In this document: positions 20,801 through 30,448 of the stretch, in pieces | Position numbering within the stretch: position 1 is the first letter of the stretch | How the letters are laid out: each line of letters opens with the position of its first letter | Virus record (IMG/VR): IMGVR_UViG_3300025101_000019 | Coordinates: 32,001-96,000 of that record | Direction: 5' to 3' (one strand) | DNA from: a virus | Length of the DNA stretch: 64,000 nt | The notes under the pieces: generated by a model | Seen by the model: only the letters and a program-made list of their open reading frames with translations | What the model was told of the DNA's origin: nothing | Databases searched by the model: none | Program-made: the position numbers and the translations under genes

Positions 20801-22209
20801 TGTAACTTGTAATAGAAGTTTCTAACTCGTTCTTCTGCTGATGAGAAGTTTACAAAGTTTTTAAAATCAGAATAATCTATATTTAATTTTACATTTCCAA
20901 GAGAACCACTAAAATATCTATCTATTATTTTTTGTTGTGTAGGTGCGCCAGAGTCTAATAAACTACTCCATGTTTCGTAGTCACTACTTGCCCCACTACC
21001 ATCACCTAAATCTATATTAAAGTTTGGGTCTGAGAAAAACTCAGTATTGTCTTCACCTAATTGGTTAAATACTATAACTCGTTCTATGTAAGATTTTTGT
21101 AGTTGTGCAGATGTTCCAATTGTATCATTTACATTTACTTCATCTGGTAGTGGACTATAAAGTTTTAATATAGCGGTGTCAACTGAAGTTACCGTCATAT
21201 CGAGTCTTTTGTACTGCATACTCCAAAAACTTGGAGCACTTAATGGTACACCAACTCCACCACCTGGACTTCCGTTGTTCCAAGTACCTGCCAACTCTAC
21301 TGACTTTCTAATACCTTCTTCAGTAACATCTAATGGTAACGACCCTGATGTTGATACACTTCCTAAAGAAAACTTTCGTACCCAACTTAAAGTAGTGTCG
21401 GGGTTTTGTTTAAGTTTAAATTCATCAAATCTACCAGTAACCTCAAAATGCCAGTTGCCTGTAACAGGAGCGGTTTGTTCTGTTTTCTTTCTTACGAGTA
21501 CTTCAGTAAATGTATTGTAGTCCGATTCACCATCTAAATTCAATGAAGCTTCAATACCACCTGATTCAACTGGAAACCAAATACTATCTGGCGTATCACC
21601 TGGTGGATATGGTAAGTAGTCTTGTACTTCACCGACAATTGTACCATCAAATGCGGCGTTGATAATTGGTATTAAATTATTCTCACCAAGATTAAGCATC
21701 AATGGTGTGTAAGTTGTACTTGGGTCTGTGAATGAGTTTGCTTGTATTTCTTGATTTTTTCTATACAATGATGCAAATGCAGAAAGACCATCTTGAATAA
21801 ATCCTTGAGCACCAATTACTTTAATTTCTTTTCTGTCCCCTGATATTTCTACAATCTTCACATTTGGTAGGTTGTGAAGGAAATTATAAACTATGTTGTA
21901 TGTTCCTTGATTGAACCCTGCGGCTCTAATATCTGACTCTGGTTTTACATATACAGTATAACCATTTTGTTCATCACCAATTTTTTGGATATTTCCATTT
22001 GTACTTGCGACAAGAGTTGCACCTGCGTAGAAGTGTTTTTCAACTATGGGAGTTGATACTCCTGGAACACCAACAATGTCAGCATCTCTAAGAGGCACTC
22101 TGATTTGACCACCATCAAGTATTGCTTGGTCACCATTATCAAAAACTTGACCAGTAACTGGTTGTTTCGATAAAACCTCTTCTTGATTATAAAATCTATC
22201 TAATGCCAT
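17833..22209 (-). CDS. Large baseplate wedge-like structural protein
   Basis: IYKTKGTARSFKTLISSYG resembles the P2 gpI/T4 gp7-like wedge motif; lies in the baseplate cluster. Confidence 0.6.
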   Translation of the reverse strand: MALDRFYNQEEVLSKQPVTGQVFDNGDQAILDGGQIRVPLRDADIVGVPGVSTPIVEKHFYAGATLVASTNGNIQKIGDEQNGYTVYVKPESDIRAAGFNQGTYNIVYNFLHNLPNVKIVEISGDRKEIKVIGAQGFIQDGLSAFASLYRKNQEIQANSFTDPSTTYTPLMLNLGENNLIPIINAAFDGTIVGEVQDYLPYPPGDTPDSIWFPVESGGIEASLNLDGESDYNTFTEVLVRKKTEQTAPVTGNWHFEVTGRFDEFKLKQNPDTTLSWVRKFSLGSVSTSGSLPLDVTEEGIRKSVELAGTWNNGSPGGGVGVPLSAPSFWSMQYKRLDMTVTSVDTAILKLYSPLPDEVNVNDTIGTSAQLQKSYIERVIVFNQLGEDNTEFFSDPNFNIDLGDGSGASSDYETWSSLLDSGAPTQQKIIDRYFSGSLGNVKLNIDYSDFKNFVNFSSAEERVRNFYYKLQQVEAFDRRIGVLNNVSGSEALTNISSSNRRKIELIGTFDDFEYWLYYNHEAQIYTHFSSSAFTINPYPKETRNPDVLYHSTSSQGTSWLTETLSSASLYDAQNPTKLRSVIPVNINDDKLNEEYQTFVDMLGQHFDISWNYIKSLTTINEREEHPADGLANDLISIIAESFGWKLYNGYADTGLWQYEFGVDQNGTPQQSGSLYSKPTKEIVQETWRRLLNNVPGIYKTKGTARSFKTLISSYGIPSSFLKIREYGGPRIESQKNIYEHDRYVYKLQLDGKNRSEHIWDTINNIRPKTIEYVGKLPTDNHTVFRLNQKDGGQIDLHWDYQKTTKKARVRLRGGSPIISVSSDYFPYIQERDVVIGFSSASGGYHLGATYVDDFGDVLVHATASTTNNNWNFIWNSSGSSDNNKLMAPYLGTTSTASIQEIRYYKTKLASEVLEGHAANREAYYSDANTTDLDLDTSYENVLYRIFPDSVFNNVSGSIQSRHPNQHFTSSDRGFILSASYEHGQPDNLSGEVDTYFVSIPSAGALNLSNNKVRVESSSLQGPLQRDKSNEVSQYDRAPNDSNLLGTYFSTTDTVNFDIYASEGYFEVDDLIGDTDVRNIDGYDLLDFRARNYFQKYNRGTALNIIIGMLSRYDMSVFDSMRQLVPARADWHKGIMIEPHVFERNNYKRPDNIDYTQHQYEAPGISVLNVVSGSYLTYTSSIERDPFKPSIYKFTDIALFNTASGAYFTGSNGYWEYSPTGSTILNSRPSRYALEPKYFYSNDVSASLGIKFASSASFHFSQIQDDRLTGNLKNLFFEGCKISSDSLTTKSPDTPDNSPVVIVTQVESDVLVYNTDNVVKGDEVKGDLPDTVKIADPDTLVSVKQHILSNNNNEVKSKGKTVVLENNIFRSLPGLGLGTTNPVVRARPRGTQTTTTVTPNGSAVRINTNAANDMINRNRGRQQRPNQQGGFFNQTNPNSTGAASPNTTLGGFIRNNRRGG

Positions 22210-22780
22210 TCTTTAAATCCAAAAACTTACCATTATAAATATTTTCTCTCATTCGTTTCTTTACTTTAGAAGTTGTATAGTAATCGTACCCTTCTATTTC
22301 GTATAGACCCGTTGTCAATTCAGTTACATTTAAACTATCAGGCAATATTCTTTCTTGTAGAGTAACCCCGTTAAATGTTTTTAAACTTCGTTTATGATTC
22401 TTAACTCTTTTAAACTTGTTTCTTGCTTTAGATGGTCGTTCACATTTGTTTCTAAGACCTAAGTGGTCTTGCCATAATGCCTCATTTGACCATTTAATAT
22501 CAATAAACATATTTCTTTGGAATCCTAAAATCATAGCCGTATCTAAAATATGTTTTAAGTATTGATGATTTTTTATTTCATTTCGTAAAACAATATCTAC
22601 ATCCATAGTTGGAATATTTGCACCATAAACATTTTCTGCAAATGCACCAACCAAATAAACTTTATAGTCTGATAAATCAACTTCTTTGTTAAAGTTGTTC
22701 CACCACCCTTTAAACTTATCGTACCTTGGTCTTTCCCATGGTGTTGTAGTTTCGATATTTCCTATTTTAAAATAAAACAT
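22196..22780 (-). CDS. Pol-beta-superfamily nucleotidyltransferase-like protein
   Basis: VYLVGAF...TMDVDIVL (hG[GS/A]...DxD) and a third Asp in FIDIKW. Confidence 0.55.
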   Translation of the reverse strand: MFYFKIGNIETTTPWERPRYDKFKGWWNNFNKEVDLSDYKVYLVGAFAENVYGANIPTMDVDIVLRNEIKNHQYLKHILDTAMILGFQRNMFIDIKWSNEALWQDHLGLRNKCERPSKARNKFKRVKNHKRSLKTFNGVTLQERILPDSLNVTELTTGLYEIEGYDYYTTSKVKKRMRENIYNGKFLDLKNGIR

Positions 22781-22788
22781 ATTTTTTC

Positions 22789-23391
22789 CTATGAATCTAA
22801 GTATCCACCACCACCAAACATACCATTATAATATGGGTTGTTAGGGTTGTATGTTGTTTGATTTCCACTTCCTGCTCCAGCTGGCGAACCTGCAGAGAAT
22901 TCGTCATCGGTTACGACTCCACCACCACTCGTACCACCACCTCCAGAAGAGTTAGCAGTTTCACCTGTTGATGTTCCTACAAAAGAGTTGACTTGTGTAG
23001 GGTATGCATCGGGTGGAAACCCATATCCATTTGGAACTCGTGTACCATCATCTAATTGAGCAATCGGTGGCCATGGAATTTGCCCGTCACCTTGGATTTC
23101 AGTAAAAGGTCCTGATAAATATATAGAACCTAATTGTGCTCCCATCCTAGCTCTTTGTTGAACTGATTGATTTGGAACAATTCCTCTTTCTGGAAAACTT
23201 AATTCTTTTATTTCAATGTCAAAATTATTAACAACATCTGATTGTTGATATCTGGCTACTTTTGTTTTTGAACCATCATCTTTATCAACAAAGTAGATAT
23301 TACCATATTGTTCCCCTTGTTGTTCAATGGGGTACGATACTATCTGTCCTCTGACATTTCTGTTTATATCTCTTATTCCTTGTACACTCAT
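22789..23391 (-). CDS. Hypothetical structural-module protein
   Basis: Tightly packed ORF with a Gly/Ser-rich C-terminus. Confidence 0.55.
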   Translation of the reverse strand: MSVQGIRDINRNVRGQIVSYPIEQQGEQYGNIYFVDKDDGSKTKVARYQQSDVVNNFDIEIKELSFPERGIVPNQSVQQRARMGAQLGSIYLSGPFTEIQGDGQIPWPPIAQLDDGTRVPNGYGFPPDAYPTQVNSFVGTSTGETANSSGGGGTSGGGVVTDDEFSAGSPAGAGSGNQTTYNPNNPYYNGMFGGGGYLDS

Positions 23392-25466
23392 TATCGTACT
23401 ACCTTAAAGTAAAAGTTGTCATCGTAATATTTTATGTCACTTCCTTGGTCAACCCTAAAACAGAATTTATAAAATCGTTCAGGTTGTAATCCGTTAAACC
23501 AAAAATTGAAATAGTTACCACTTGCGTCACAACTTAACTTTGTGTAGTTTGTATCGAATGGAATGATAACTTGTTCGGTTTGGGAATCTACTACTGAGTA
23601 ATATGATGTAGTTGGTAAATATTTTATCGTCTTTAAAGGTGACGATTCAAATGTCCTTGTTGGATATCGGTCTCTACCAAATACTCTAATCTTAGCTTTA
23701 GAACTTTCTTTATATTCTGTTGAAAGATTCTTCACATATAATATAAGGTCATCGCCTGTTAGTGCGTTTAGAGACCCTGTTACAAATGTAGAATCATCCC
23801 ACCTTGCTTCTAATACAGGTGGATAGATTGTATGAGTATCAGATGAAAAGAACTTTATTGAACCGAATTTTTTATCTGATGCTTCATCATTGTTAGACTT
23901 TTTAATAATAAGTCCGTTGTTCGTCCTTGTACCATTAATCATTTCGTTTACATACTCTGTAACTGGCACATCTAAATTGTCAGTTGATTTTGTAAACACT
24001 TGTTTGTAATGTATGCCTGCACTAAAAGATGATGTGAACCATGTTCCACCACCACTTGTTTTAACAAACGATGCTTCCCATAATGTATCATGGAATGCCG
24101 ACCCTGTTAGGTCGTGGTCTGTTGATAATATTTTAAAGTTGTCAATAGATGCACTTGATTGTATTGAACTTCCACTTGCAAAGTATGACCATCTAAATAA
24201 ATGTTGTCCTGATTCTCTTGCTTGGAATTTTACTGTTGGTGTAAAACTTGATGTAATATATCTTATTGCATTATCAAAATCGTTAACATCAACTAATCTA
24301 CCTGTTGGTGTTTGTATTGTAAACTCAACACCCAATGATTGACCTTCTGCATTTACTCTTGGGAAACTTCCTGTGTCTATTGAAAAACTAGCAGTATAGT
24401 TTCTACCTTCTTGTAATGAAAACTTTCTATTTAAAGTTGCACCACCATTATCGGATGCGCTTATATTTAAAACATCGTTAGCTATAAAGGCTGACCCTGT
24501 GATTCCTTGTGAGTTATCTATTCCCTCATTTATAAAATATGTAGATGGTAATCCACTTACATTTACAGAGAACTGGTCATTTACCAATGTTGATGAAGGT
24601 TCATCTTTAAAGAATAAGAAATTGTCAATTGAACCTGCTGACCCATCCGAACCATTTTGGTCAAAGAAAGAAAATTGTAATTTATGAAGTCCAGAAGCAC
24701 TTGCCGTAAATGCCATTTTATATGTTGCGGTTGATATTAGTGATTCTTGGAATCCTGCAATCTCGTTATTCAATAAATCCCCTGCAGGGTTTACTACATT
24801 GAAGTCAACGCCTGATAAGGACTCTCTATTGAAATCAAATTCTACTTTGTATATTTGTCCTGCATCTAATGACGCTGATAAGTTTGCCGTACCACCACTA
24901 AACTCAGATGCCGACATTGCCATCTTACCACCTGAAACAAATAACAATGGTTCATCACCATTTTGTCCATTAATTTTATCTACTAACTCAAACCCACCAA
25001 GACCTGATACAAAGTCTATTGAGGATATTAATGAGTTTATTAAACTTGAATCTTTTATCTCACCGACCAATGCACCTGTTACATCCCAAGTTTGACCTGT
25101 ATTAGGTTCAACCCACGAACATCCCTCTTCGTGATGTGGTGTATCTGCTTCTTGTCCTAATCCCTCTACCCATGCTTGTTTGATTGGATAAACAAACAAT
25201 TCGAAATCTTCTTGTAAGTCTGCACTTTCAACATTCTCTAATCGTAATCTATATTCAGGTGATGTTATTGTTCCATCTGAAACTGAACTTGAGATTTCAG
25301 CTAAGTCGAATTGAACCAATGCCCTACTATTTCCTAACAAGTTAGTATTAGATGGGTCATACAATTTATTGACCTCAAGAATTTGGTCTTTACCTGTATT
25401 CTGGTCCTTACGATTTGAATCTTCGTAAATTGTAGTATCTTTATTTGCGTATATTCTATAAATCAT
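23391..25466 (-). CDS. Virion protein with split DNRLRE-like domain and inserted CBM-like repeats
   Basis: KDTTIYE..NTG.D.ILEV, RALVQFDL, NNGLIIK, FFSSDTHTIYPPVLE; internal SIDNF repeats. Confidence 0.6.
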   Translation of the reverse strand: MIYRIYANKDTTIYEDSNRKDQNTGKDQILEVNKLYDPSNTNLLGNSRALVQFDLAEISSSVSDGTITSPEYRLRLENVESADLQEDFELFVYPIKQAWVEGLGQEADTPHHEEGCSWVEPNTGQTWDVTGALVGEIKDSSLINSLISSIDFVSGLGGFELVDKINGQNGDEPLLFVSGGKMAMSASEFSGGTANLSASLDAGQIYKVEFDFNRESLSGVDFNVVNPAGDLLNNEIAGFQESLISTATYKMAFTASASGLHKLQFSFFDQNGSDGSAGSIDNFLFFKDEPSSTLVNDQFSVNVSGLPSTYFINEGIDNSQGITGSAFIANDVLNISASDNGGATLNRKFSLQEGRNYTASFSIDTGSFPRVNAEGQSLGVEFTIQTPTGRLVDVNDFDNAIRYITSSFTPTVKFQARESGQHLFRWSYFASGSSIQSSASIDNFKILSTDHDLTGSAFHDTLWEASFVKTSGGGTWFTSSFSAGIHYKQVFTKSTDNLDVPVTEYVNEMINGTRTNNGLIIKKSNNDEASDKKFGSIKFFSSDTHTIYPPVLEARWDDSTFVTGSLNALTGDDLILYVKNLSTEYKESSKAKIRVFGRDRYPTRTFESSPLKTIKYLPTTSYYSVVDSQTEQVIIPFDTNYTKLSCDASGNYFNFWFNGLQPERFYKFCFRVDQGSDIKYYDDNFYFKVVR

Positions 25467-25477
25467 ATTTTAACCCT

Positions 25478-27400
25478 TTAAAATAGTGGTACTACTTTTC
25501 CTCTAATATCTTGTTCTGGGAATTTTATCTCAAATATAGATGGGTCTTTAGGTGGATATACAACTCCCTTTCTTGTTGCGGTTACAATATCATATCGTTT
25601 GTTGGAATAACTTCCACCATACTTGTTAATGACTTGTAAACCACCAAGACCATCTTTATCAGGTCGTACCACACTTTGTACCCCATCCACTTCATCTAAC
25701 ATTACATATATATCAGATAATAATATCGGTTGATTAATACTTCTTTTATTAATTGCAAAATAGTCCTTTATCTTTTGAATACATTTTAAAAGTACATCAT
25801 TAGAATTAAAGTTAGGTTTAACTACGATTTCAAAATCAATACCTACATTTACAATGTAACCATCTTTAATATTGATTGCGTCAGTTAATATTCTATAATA
25901 CGATAAATAATTTCTTAAATTTTGTTTAGTTGCCGGATTTAAAACTGTTAACTTTTTGTTTGCGTCATATCCTAAACAATAAAAGTTTATAGCTAATGGA
26001 TTTAAAACACTTTCGTTTGTTAACGGACCATCATCAAGTGGTGTCTTGATTTGAAAATCAGGAGCAACAAACGCTTTTGCTATTGAACCAAATTGTGGTG
26101 GTAATGCGTATGCTCTTACTAAGTAATCTTCTCGTGTCACATTTCTATTCTGTGCACTAAAGTAAGCTTTTGCGTTTTCTCTTACCTCTTCAATCTCTTC
26201 TTCAAACTTACCACCAACCGCAGGTCTCTCATTTATTACTGCGATGGATTGTTTGATTTCGTTAAACAACGCTGAATCTAATCCGATGCCTGTTGTTTCT
26301 ATTTCAACCTCGGCTACTTGGTTTAGGTCACCTGCGATTACATTATCAATTACACCAAGACCAACTCTGTAAGTTACTGTTAGTTCTTGATTTGCAGGAG
26401 CGATTCCATATGTTTTACTATATAAAAAGTTTGATGGGTCTAATCCTTGATTTAGATTTCCATTTGCGTTATATAATGCAGAACCCACATTGTCTGGATT
26501 AGGAAGTAACTCTTCATCTGCGTTTGCAGATACGCCTGCACCAAACTGAACTATGATTTCACCCTCATCACTTATACGAGTTATATATCTTTTAGGAACT
26601 CTTTTTAGTTTTAGTAAAGCGGGTGTATCATTACTAAATGCAGAATATGTTAATGAGTAGTCTGCCGTATTTGGACTTTCTGTAAATACAGTATCTTGTC
26701 CAAGGTAATCTACCTTAGTCCAAGTTTCACCATCATCGTCTGTTATTTTGATTACATCAATTAACCCATCCTCATCTTGAAGTTTTATCTTGTCATAAAT
26801 CTTTGGTGAACCAAATGTAAAAGTCTGAGTCTTTTCTTTACCACTTGTTGCCTGTACATATTTCTTTAAAAGATATTTTACAGGTAAGTTTGTATTATCA
26901 TCTACTTGGTATACTGATATTTCAGTTGGGTCAAACGATGATGAGTAATTAAATCTAACTTTTTGATTTGTGCTAAACTCGATATCACCATTTGATTCTG
27001 CGGTTATTTTTGCACCTTCTTTTATATTTAATGCGTATCTAAAATCTGGTCTTACATTTGCACCACTACCAATTGCTGGTACTAATTGGAATACTGCCAT
27101 ATTTGTTGTTGCGGGTACATTTAATTTTGGTTTGTATCCATACGCCTGTGATATTGCAAATATGTTTTTCTTTTCTTGTGCTTGTTCTAATATAGATTCT
27201 CTAAGTTGAACATCAGTATAATATGAAAGTACATCCCCAACATATGAAGATAGTTCCAACATCATCATACCTGGAGAGGACTCGTTAAAGTCGTTAAAAG
27301 TTTGAGGGAAATAAGTTTTTGTAAAGTCTACAAGATTCTGTCTTATAGAACCAAACTCTCTTCCTATTAACTTAACATCTTTTTTAATTTTATCTGCCAT
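25478..27400 (-). CDS. Baseplate wedge subunit (T4 gp6/baseplate J-like)
   Basis: FNDFNESSPGMMMLELSSYVGDVLSYYTD; FSAQNRNVTREDY. Confidence 0.85.
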   Translation of the reverse strand: MADKIKKDVKLIGREFGSIRQNLVDFTKTYFPQTFNDFNESSPGMMMLELSSYVGDVLSYYTDVQLRESILEQAQEKKNIFAISQAYGYKPKLNVPATTNMAVFQLVPAIGSGANVRPDFRYALNIKEGAKITAESNGDIEFSTNQKVRFNYSSSFDPTEISVYQVDDNTNLPVKYLLKKYVQATSGKEKTQTFTFGSPKIYDKIKLQDEDGLIDVIKITDDDGETWTKVDYLGQDTVFTESPNTADYSLTYSAFSNDTPALLKLKRVPKRYITRISDEGEIIVQFGAGVSANADEELLPNPDNVGSALYNANGNLNQGLDPSNFLYSKTYGIAPANQELTVTYRVGLGVIDNVIAGDLNQVAEVEIETTGIGLDSALFNEIKQSIAVINERPAVGGKFEEEIEEVRENAKAYFSAQNRNVTREDYLVRAYALPPQFGSIAKAFVAPDFQIKTPLDDGPLTNESVLNPLAINFYCLGYDANKKLTVLNPATKQNLRNYLSYYRILTDAINIKDGYIVNVGIDFEIVVKPNFNSNDVLLKCIQKIKDYFAINKRSINQPILLSDIYVMLDEVDGVQSVVRPDKDGLGGLQVINKYGGSYSNKRYDIVTATRKGVVYPPKDPSIFEIKFPEQDIRGKVVPLF

Positions 27401-27411
27401 GTTGTATTACC

Positions 27412-27846
27412 CTATGCTATTGATAGACCACCTTGTTCATCTATCCCTACTATAATTATCTTGTTTGCTCCAGTTTCTCCTACTGAAAATGAAAATGAAA
27501 AGTTTACTCTGTTATTATCTGCTTCAGTATCAACTCTAATTTCTTTCATTTTAATATAAGGTAACCAAAACTTAATATCTTTTTCAAGTCCACCTTTTAA
27601 ACTTTCGATTAATTCGTCTGTTATATTTTCAAAAAGAAATGAAGGTAAGTCTGTTCCAAACAAAGGTTGAAAGGGTCTCTCACCCTTTCGTGTAAGTAAT
27701 AAGTTTTTAAGATTTGATAACGCCTGTTCTTCTGTTGTCATCGTACTACGAAATATTGGAGCACCACCCAATGGGAATGGAATCCCAATTGCAGTATTCT
27801 TTTTTAAATCTAATGGATTTATTTTTTTCGTAGGTCTTGTAGCCAT
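27412..27846 (-). CDS. Baseplate gp25-like protein
   Basis: NLKNLLLTRKGERPFQPLFGTDL. Confidence 0.9.
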   Translation of the reverse strand: MATRPTKKINPLDLKKNTAIGIPFPLGGAPIFRSTMTTEEQALSNLKNLLLTRKGERPFQPLFGTDLPSFLFENITDELIESLKGGLEKDIKFWLPYIKMKEIRVDTEADNNRVNFSFSFSVGETGANKIIIVGIDEQGGLSIA

Positions 27847-28292
27847 TATACTCTACCCTTCTTTTTGTTTATTGCTTTCATTAAACCTGAATAATCTTTT
27901 GTTAATGCGTTTCCTACACCAGAACTCATCACTGCGTTTACATCAACTGCTTTACCATCAGAATCTTTTGTTGGTATCATTGATTGTGGTGTTGATGGAC
28001 TACTAAGTCCCATCATAGATGCCATAGTTGCTCTATCCATTCCTTGTGCATTATTTGCAGTCATAGTTCCACCACCCATTGTTGGCCAATGGTCAACTGT
28101 TTCATTTAATAGGTCTGAGAATTTCCCACCCTTAAATTTAACATTTGGCTTCTTAACCTTTTTTGTTGGTTGAGGTGTACTCATTTCTTGAATAATAGAT
28201 TCACGAATGGCAAGTTTCTCTTTTGCCACCTGCTTCTTTACTTCTTCTTTTATTAACAATCGTATTGCTTTTACAAATTTATTAGTGTCCAT
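27846..28292 (-). CDS. Hypothetical protein
   Basis: ORF with upstream TATTTAT motif; C-terminal ALTKDYSGLMKA. Confidence 0.6.
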   Translation of the reverse strand: MDTNKFVKAIRLLIKEEVKKQVAKEKLAIRESIIQEMSTPQPTKKVKKPNVKFKGGKFSDLLNETVDHWPTMGGGTMTANNAQGMDRATMASMMGLSSPSTPQSMIPTKDSDGKAVDVNAVMSSGVGNALTKDYSGLMKAINKKKGRV

Positions 28293-28315
28293 AATAATAA
28301 ATAGTTTTATTTTAA

Positions 28316-29374
28316 TTAATTTTTCATTAAATTTAACTCTGTCGTTATTTTAGCGATTCTTGCTTTGATTCCAGTACATTGTCCTTTCAATGCACCACCT
28401 GCGGAAGCAAGTGGGGCGTTTACTCCTACATATTTGTTAGGTGTTGTACTAATGTTTGGAATAGCTCCATTTGAAGCAAATCCACTAACCGCATTATTTA
28501 ACGCATCGAGTTCGTTTTTAATTTCGTCTATTTGTGTAAACATATTATCCATCGCAGCTTTCCATGCTGGTGTTGATATATTCACATCTTCTGTTCCTGC
28601 CAATATAACTCTATCCTTTTTAGCATTTAATAATACTCGGTCAGAGTTAACCATAAATTGTGGGTCACCCCATAGGTTAGCAGGTGTTACTCCTAAAGAA
28701 AATGGATGTGCTTGACTTAAGGATATAGTTTGTTTGGATGTCATATATAATGAAGTATCATCCTCATCAACTTCTTCTATAACAAACTTATTCCAACCAC
28801 TTGAATTTTGAGTATTTCTTAGTATTGTAATTGGTGATGTAGAGTCACCTTTCCAACTTGGTTTTTCAGTTGTCTTAGCACCTTGTGGAGTATATCCAAG
28901 TCTGATTGATTGTCCAAACCTTCCTTCAACTATCACATCACCACTAAATGGTTGTAGTGCGGATACACCACCCACCTCTTCAAATCCAAAATCAAATTGA
29001 AAAGGTTTAGTAGAACTTGCTTGTGGATTACCTGCAGATGCTTCTGCATATCCACCCGAGTTAGCTGAATCACCTTCAAGTGTTGTATATCCTGATGGTA
29101 ATGCGTTATGATTTGTATTCCTTTGTAATGACAACGGAGTTACATAATACATTCGTGTTCTACTTGATAGTGCGTTGGAATCAGGACCTCTTTCATTAAT
29201 GAGGTATACCATTTCCCCTGCAACGGGTACTCTTTTTATGTTGGTATCCAAAGGCCATGCAATTTTTTCGACCTTACTTCTACCTGATGCCATGTTTACC
29301 TCAACCTTAATTGAGTAAAGTAAATCGGAATCAGAGTCTTGTAGTTTTACTTCTGTAACGAGACCTGTGGCCAT
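28316..29374 (-). CDS. Baseplate hub/spike-like protein (gp5/gpV-like, no lysozyme seen)
   Basis: OB-fold-like PVAGEMV, GDVIVEGRFGQSIRLG, beta-repeat NSDRVLLNAK; next to gp25/gp6. Confidence 0.55.
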   Translation of the reverse strand: MATGLVTEVKLQDSDSDLLYSIKVEVNMASGRSKVEKIAWPLDTNIKRVPVAGEMVYLINERGPDSNALSSRTRMYYVTPLSLQRNTNHNALPSGYTTLEGDSANSGGYAEASAGNPQASSTKPFQFDFGFEEVGGVSALQPFSGDVIVEGRFGQSIRLGYTPQGAKTTEKPSWKGDSTSPITILRNTQNSSGWNKFVIEEVDEDDTSLYMTSKQTISLSQAHPFSLGVTPANLWGDPQFMVNSDRVLLNAKKDRVILAGTEDVNISTPAWKAAMDNMFTQIDEIKNELDALNNAVSGFASNGAIPNISTTPNKYVGVNAPLASAGGALKGQCTGIKARIAKITTELNLMKN

Positions 29375-29733
29375 TATACTTCTCCTGTTTCTTCTTTAGG
29401 TAGGTCTTTTTCAACCTCGTCTATGGCGTCCATCAATTGTCTTTTCTCTTCATCAGACAACATATAGTTTCCACCATCGGTGTTATTATCTTTCATCATT
29501 CGTTGAACAATTGCTGCAAGTTTTATTAATGCGTCATCATTCCTAACGGATATGTCGAGATACTCCTTTATTAAAGGAACAACTACTGAGGCATCATTTA
29601 GATTCTTGACCATTGGTTCAAGTTGTGCAATCAGTAGTTTTATTTGTCGGTCTTTCTTTTTCTGATTAGAATAAATGTCAGCCATTACATCTGAAAAAGA
29701 TTTACCTTTAAAAATTTCATCGTCTTTGGTCAT
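29374..29733 (-). CDS. Hypothetical helical protein
   Basis: Tightly packed ORF. Confidence 0.55.
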   Translation of the reverse strand: MTKDDEIFKGKSFSDVMADIYSNQKKKDRQIKLLIAQLEPMVKNLNDASVVVPLIKEYLDISVRNDDALIKLAAIVQRMMKDNNTDGGNYMLSDEEKRQLMDAIDEVEKDLPKEETGEV

Positions 29734-30448
29734 TGAATTCCTCGATTCTATGATTTATTTCTAAGTGTCCTTTTGAGACAAAATCGATGTACAACTCTTT
29801 ATATACATTTTTTAATTTACCAATTACTTTTGTAATATATTGGGTTTGAACACCAGTTCTCTCTCTAATAAGTATGTAAAGAGCCTTTTTGTTGTAAGAA
29901 TATAAATCATGTCTTGTTCTAAATAACTCTGTAACTGAGTCTGCTATTTTCTGTTCTCTATCTTTAGAAAACAACTTGTATAGATTTGCGTCAACATATC
30001 TAACATAGAAATCAAAAAAGTCTGCTATTGATTCTTTTAACTCCTTATCGTAAACTTCGTTACCTATATTTCTTGAACTATCAATATACTTTACTTCGGT
30101 CTTTTGTTTCATTCTTTGATAGTTCTGATTATTCTCATTGAATAAATAGTTTCTTGCTACCACAGTAAAATAAGAAAACGCCCTACCATTAGCTCCATTA
30201 AATTTATGAATCTTTTGGTTTAGGAACGCAACAACATTAGCTTTGACATCATCATATGGGACATCGAAATAGTATGTCTTATATGTGTGAATAACATTTT
30301 CAGCTAACTTGTCAAATGGATAATGAATAAATCTATTGTAGATTTTATTCTTCATCTTGTAGTCGTCTGAATTGTTGTATGCGTTAATAGCTATTTCAGT
30401 AATCTTCGTGAAATACCTTTTACTCCTTTTCCTTCGTTTCCTCGGCAT
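29717..30448 (-). CDS. Phage late sigma factor (T4 gp55-like)
   Basis: KLAEN...YDDVKA...IHKFN...RAFSYFTVVARNYL resembles sigma region 2 of gp55-type proteins. Start taken at MPRKRRK. Confidence 0.65.
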   Translation of the reverse strand: MPRKRRKRSKRYFTKITEIAINAYNNSDDYKMKNKIYNRFIHYPFDKLAENVIHTYKTYYFDVPYDDVKANVVAFLNQKIHKFNGANGRAFSYFTVVARNYLFNENNQNYQRMKQKTEVKYIDSSRNIGNEVYDKELKESIADFFDFYVRYVDANLYKLFSKDREQKIADSVTELFRTRHDLYSYNKKALYILIRERTGVQTQYITKVIGKLKNVYKELYIDFVSKGHLEINHRIEEFNDQRR

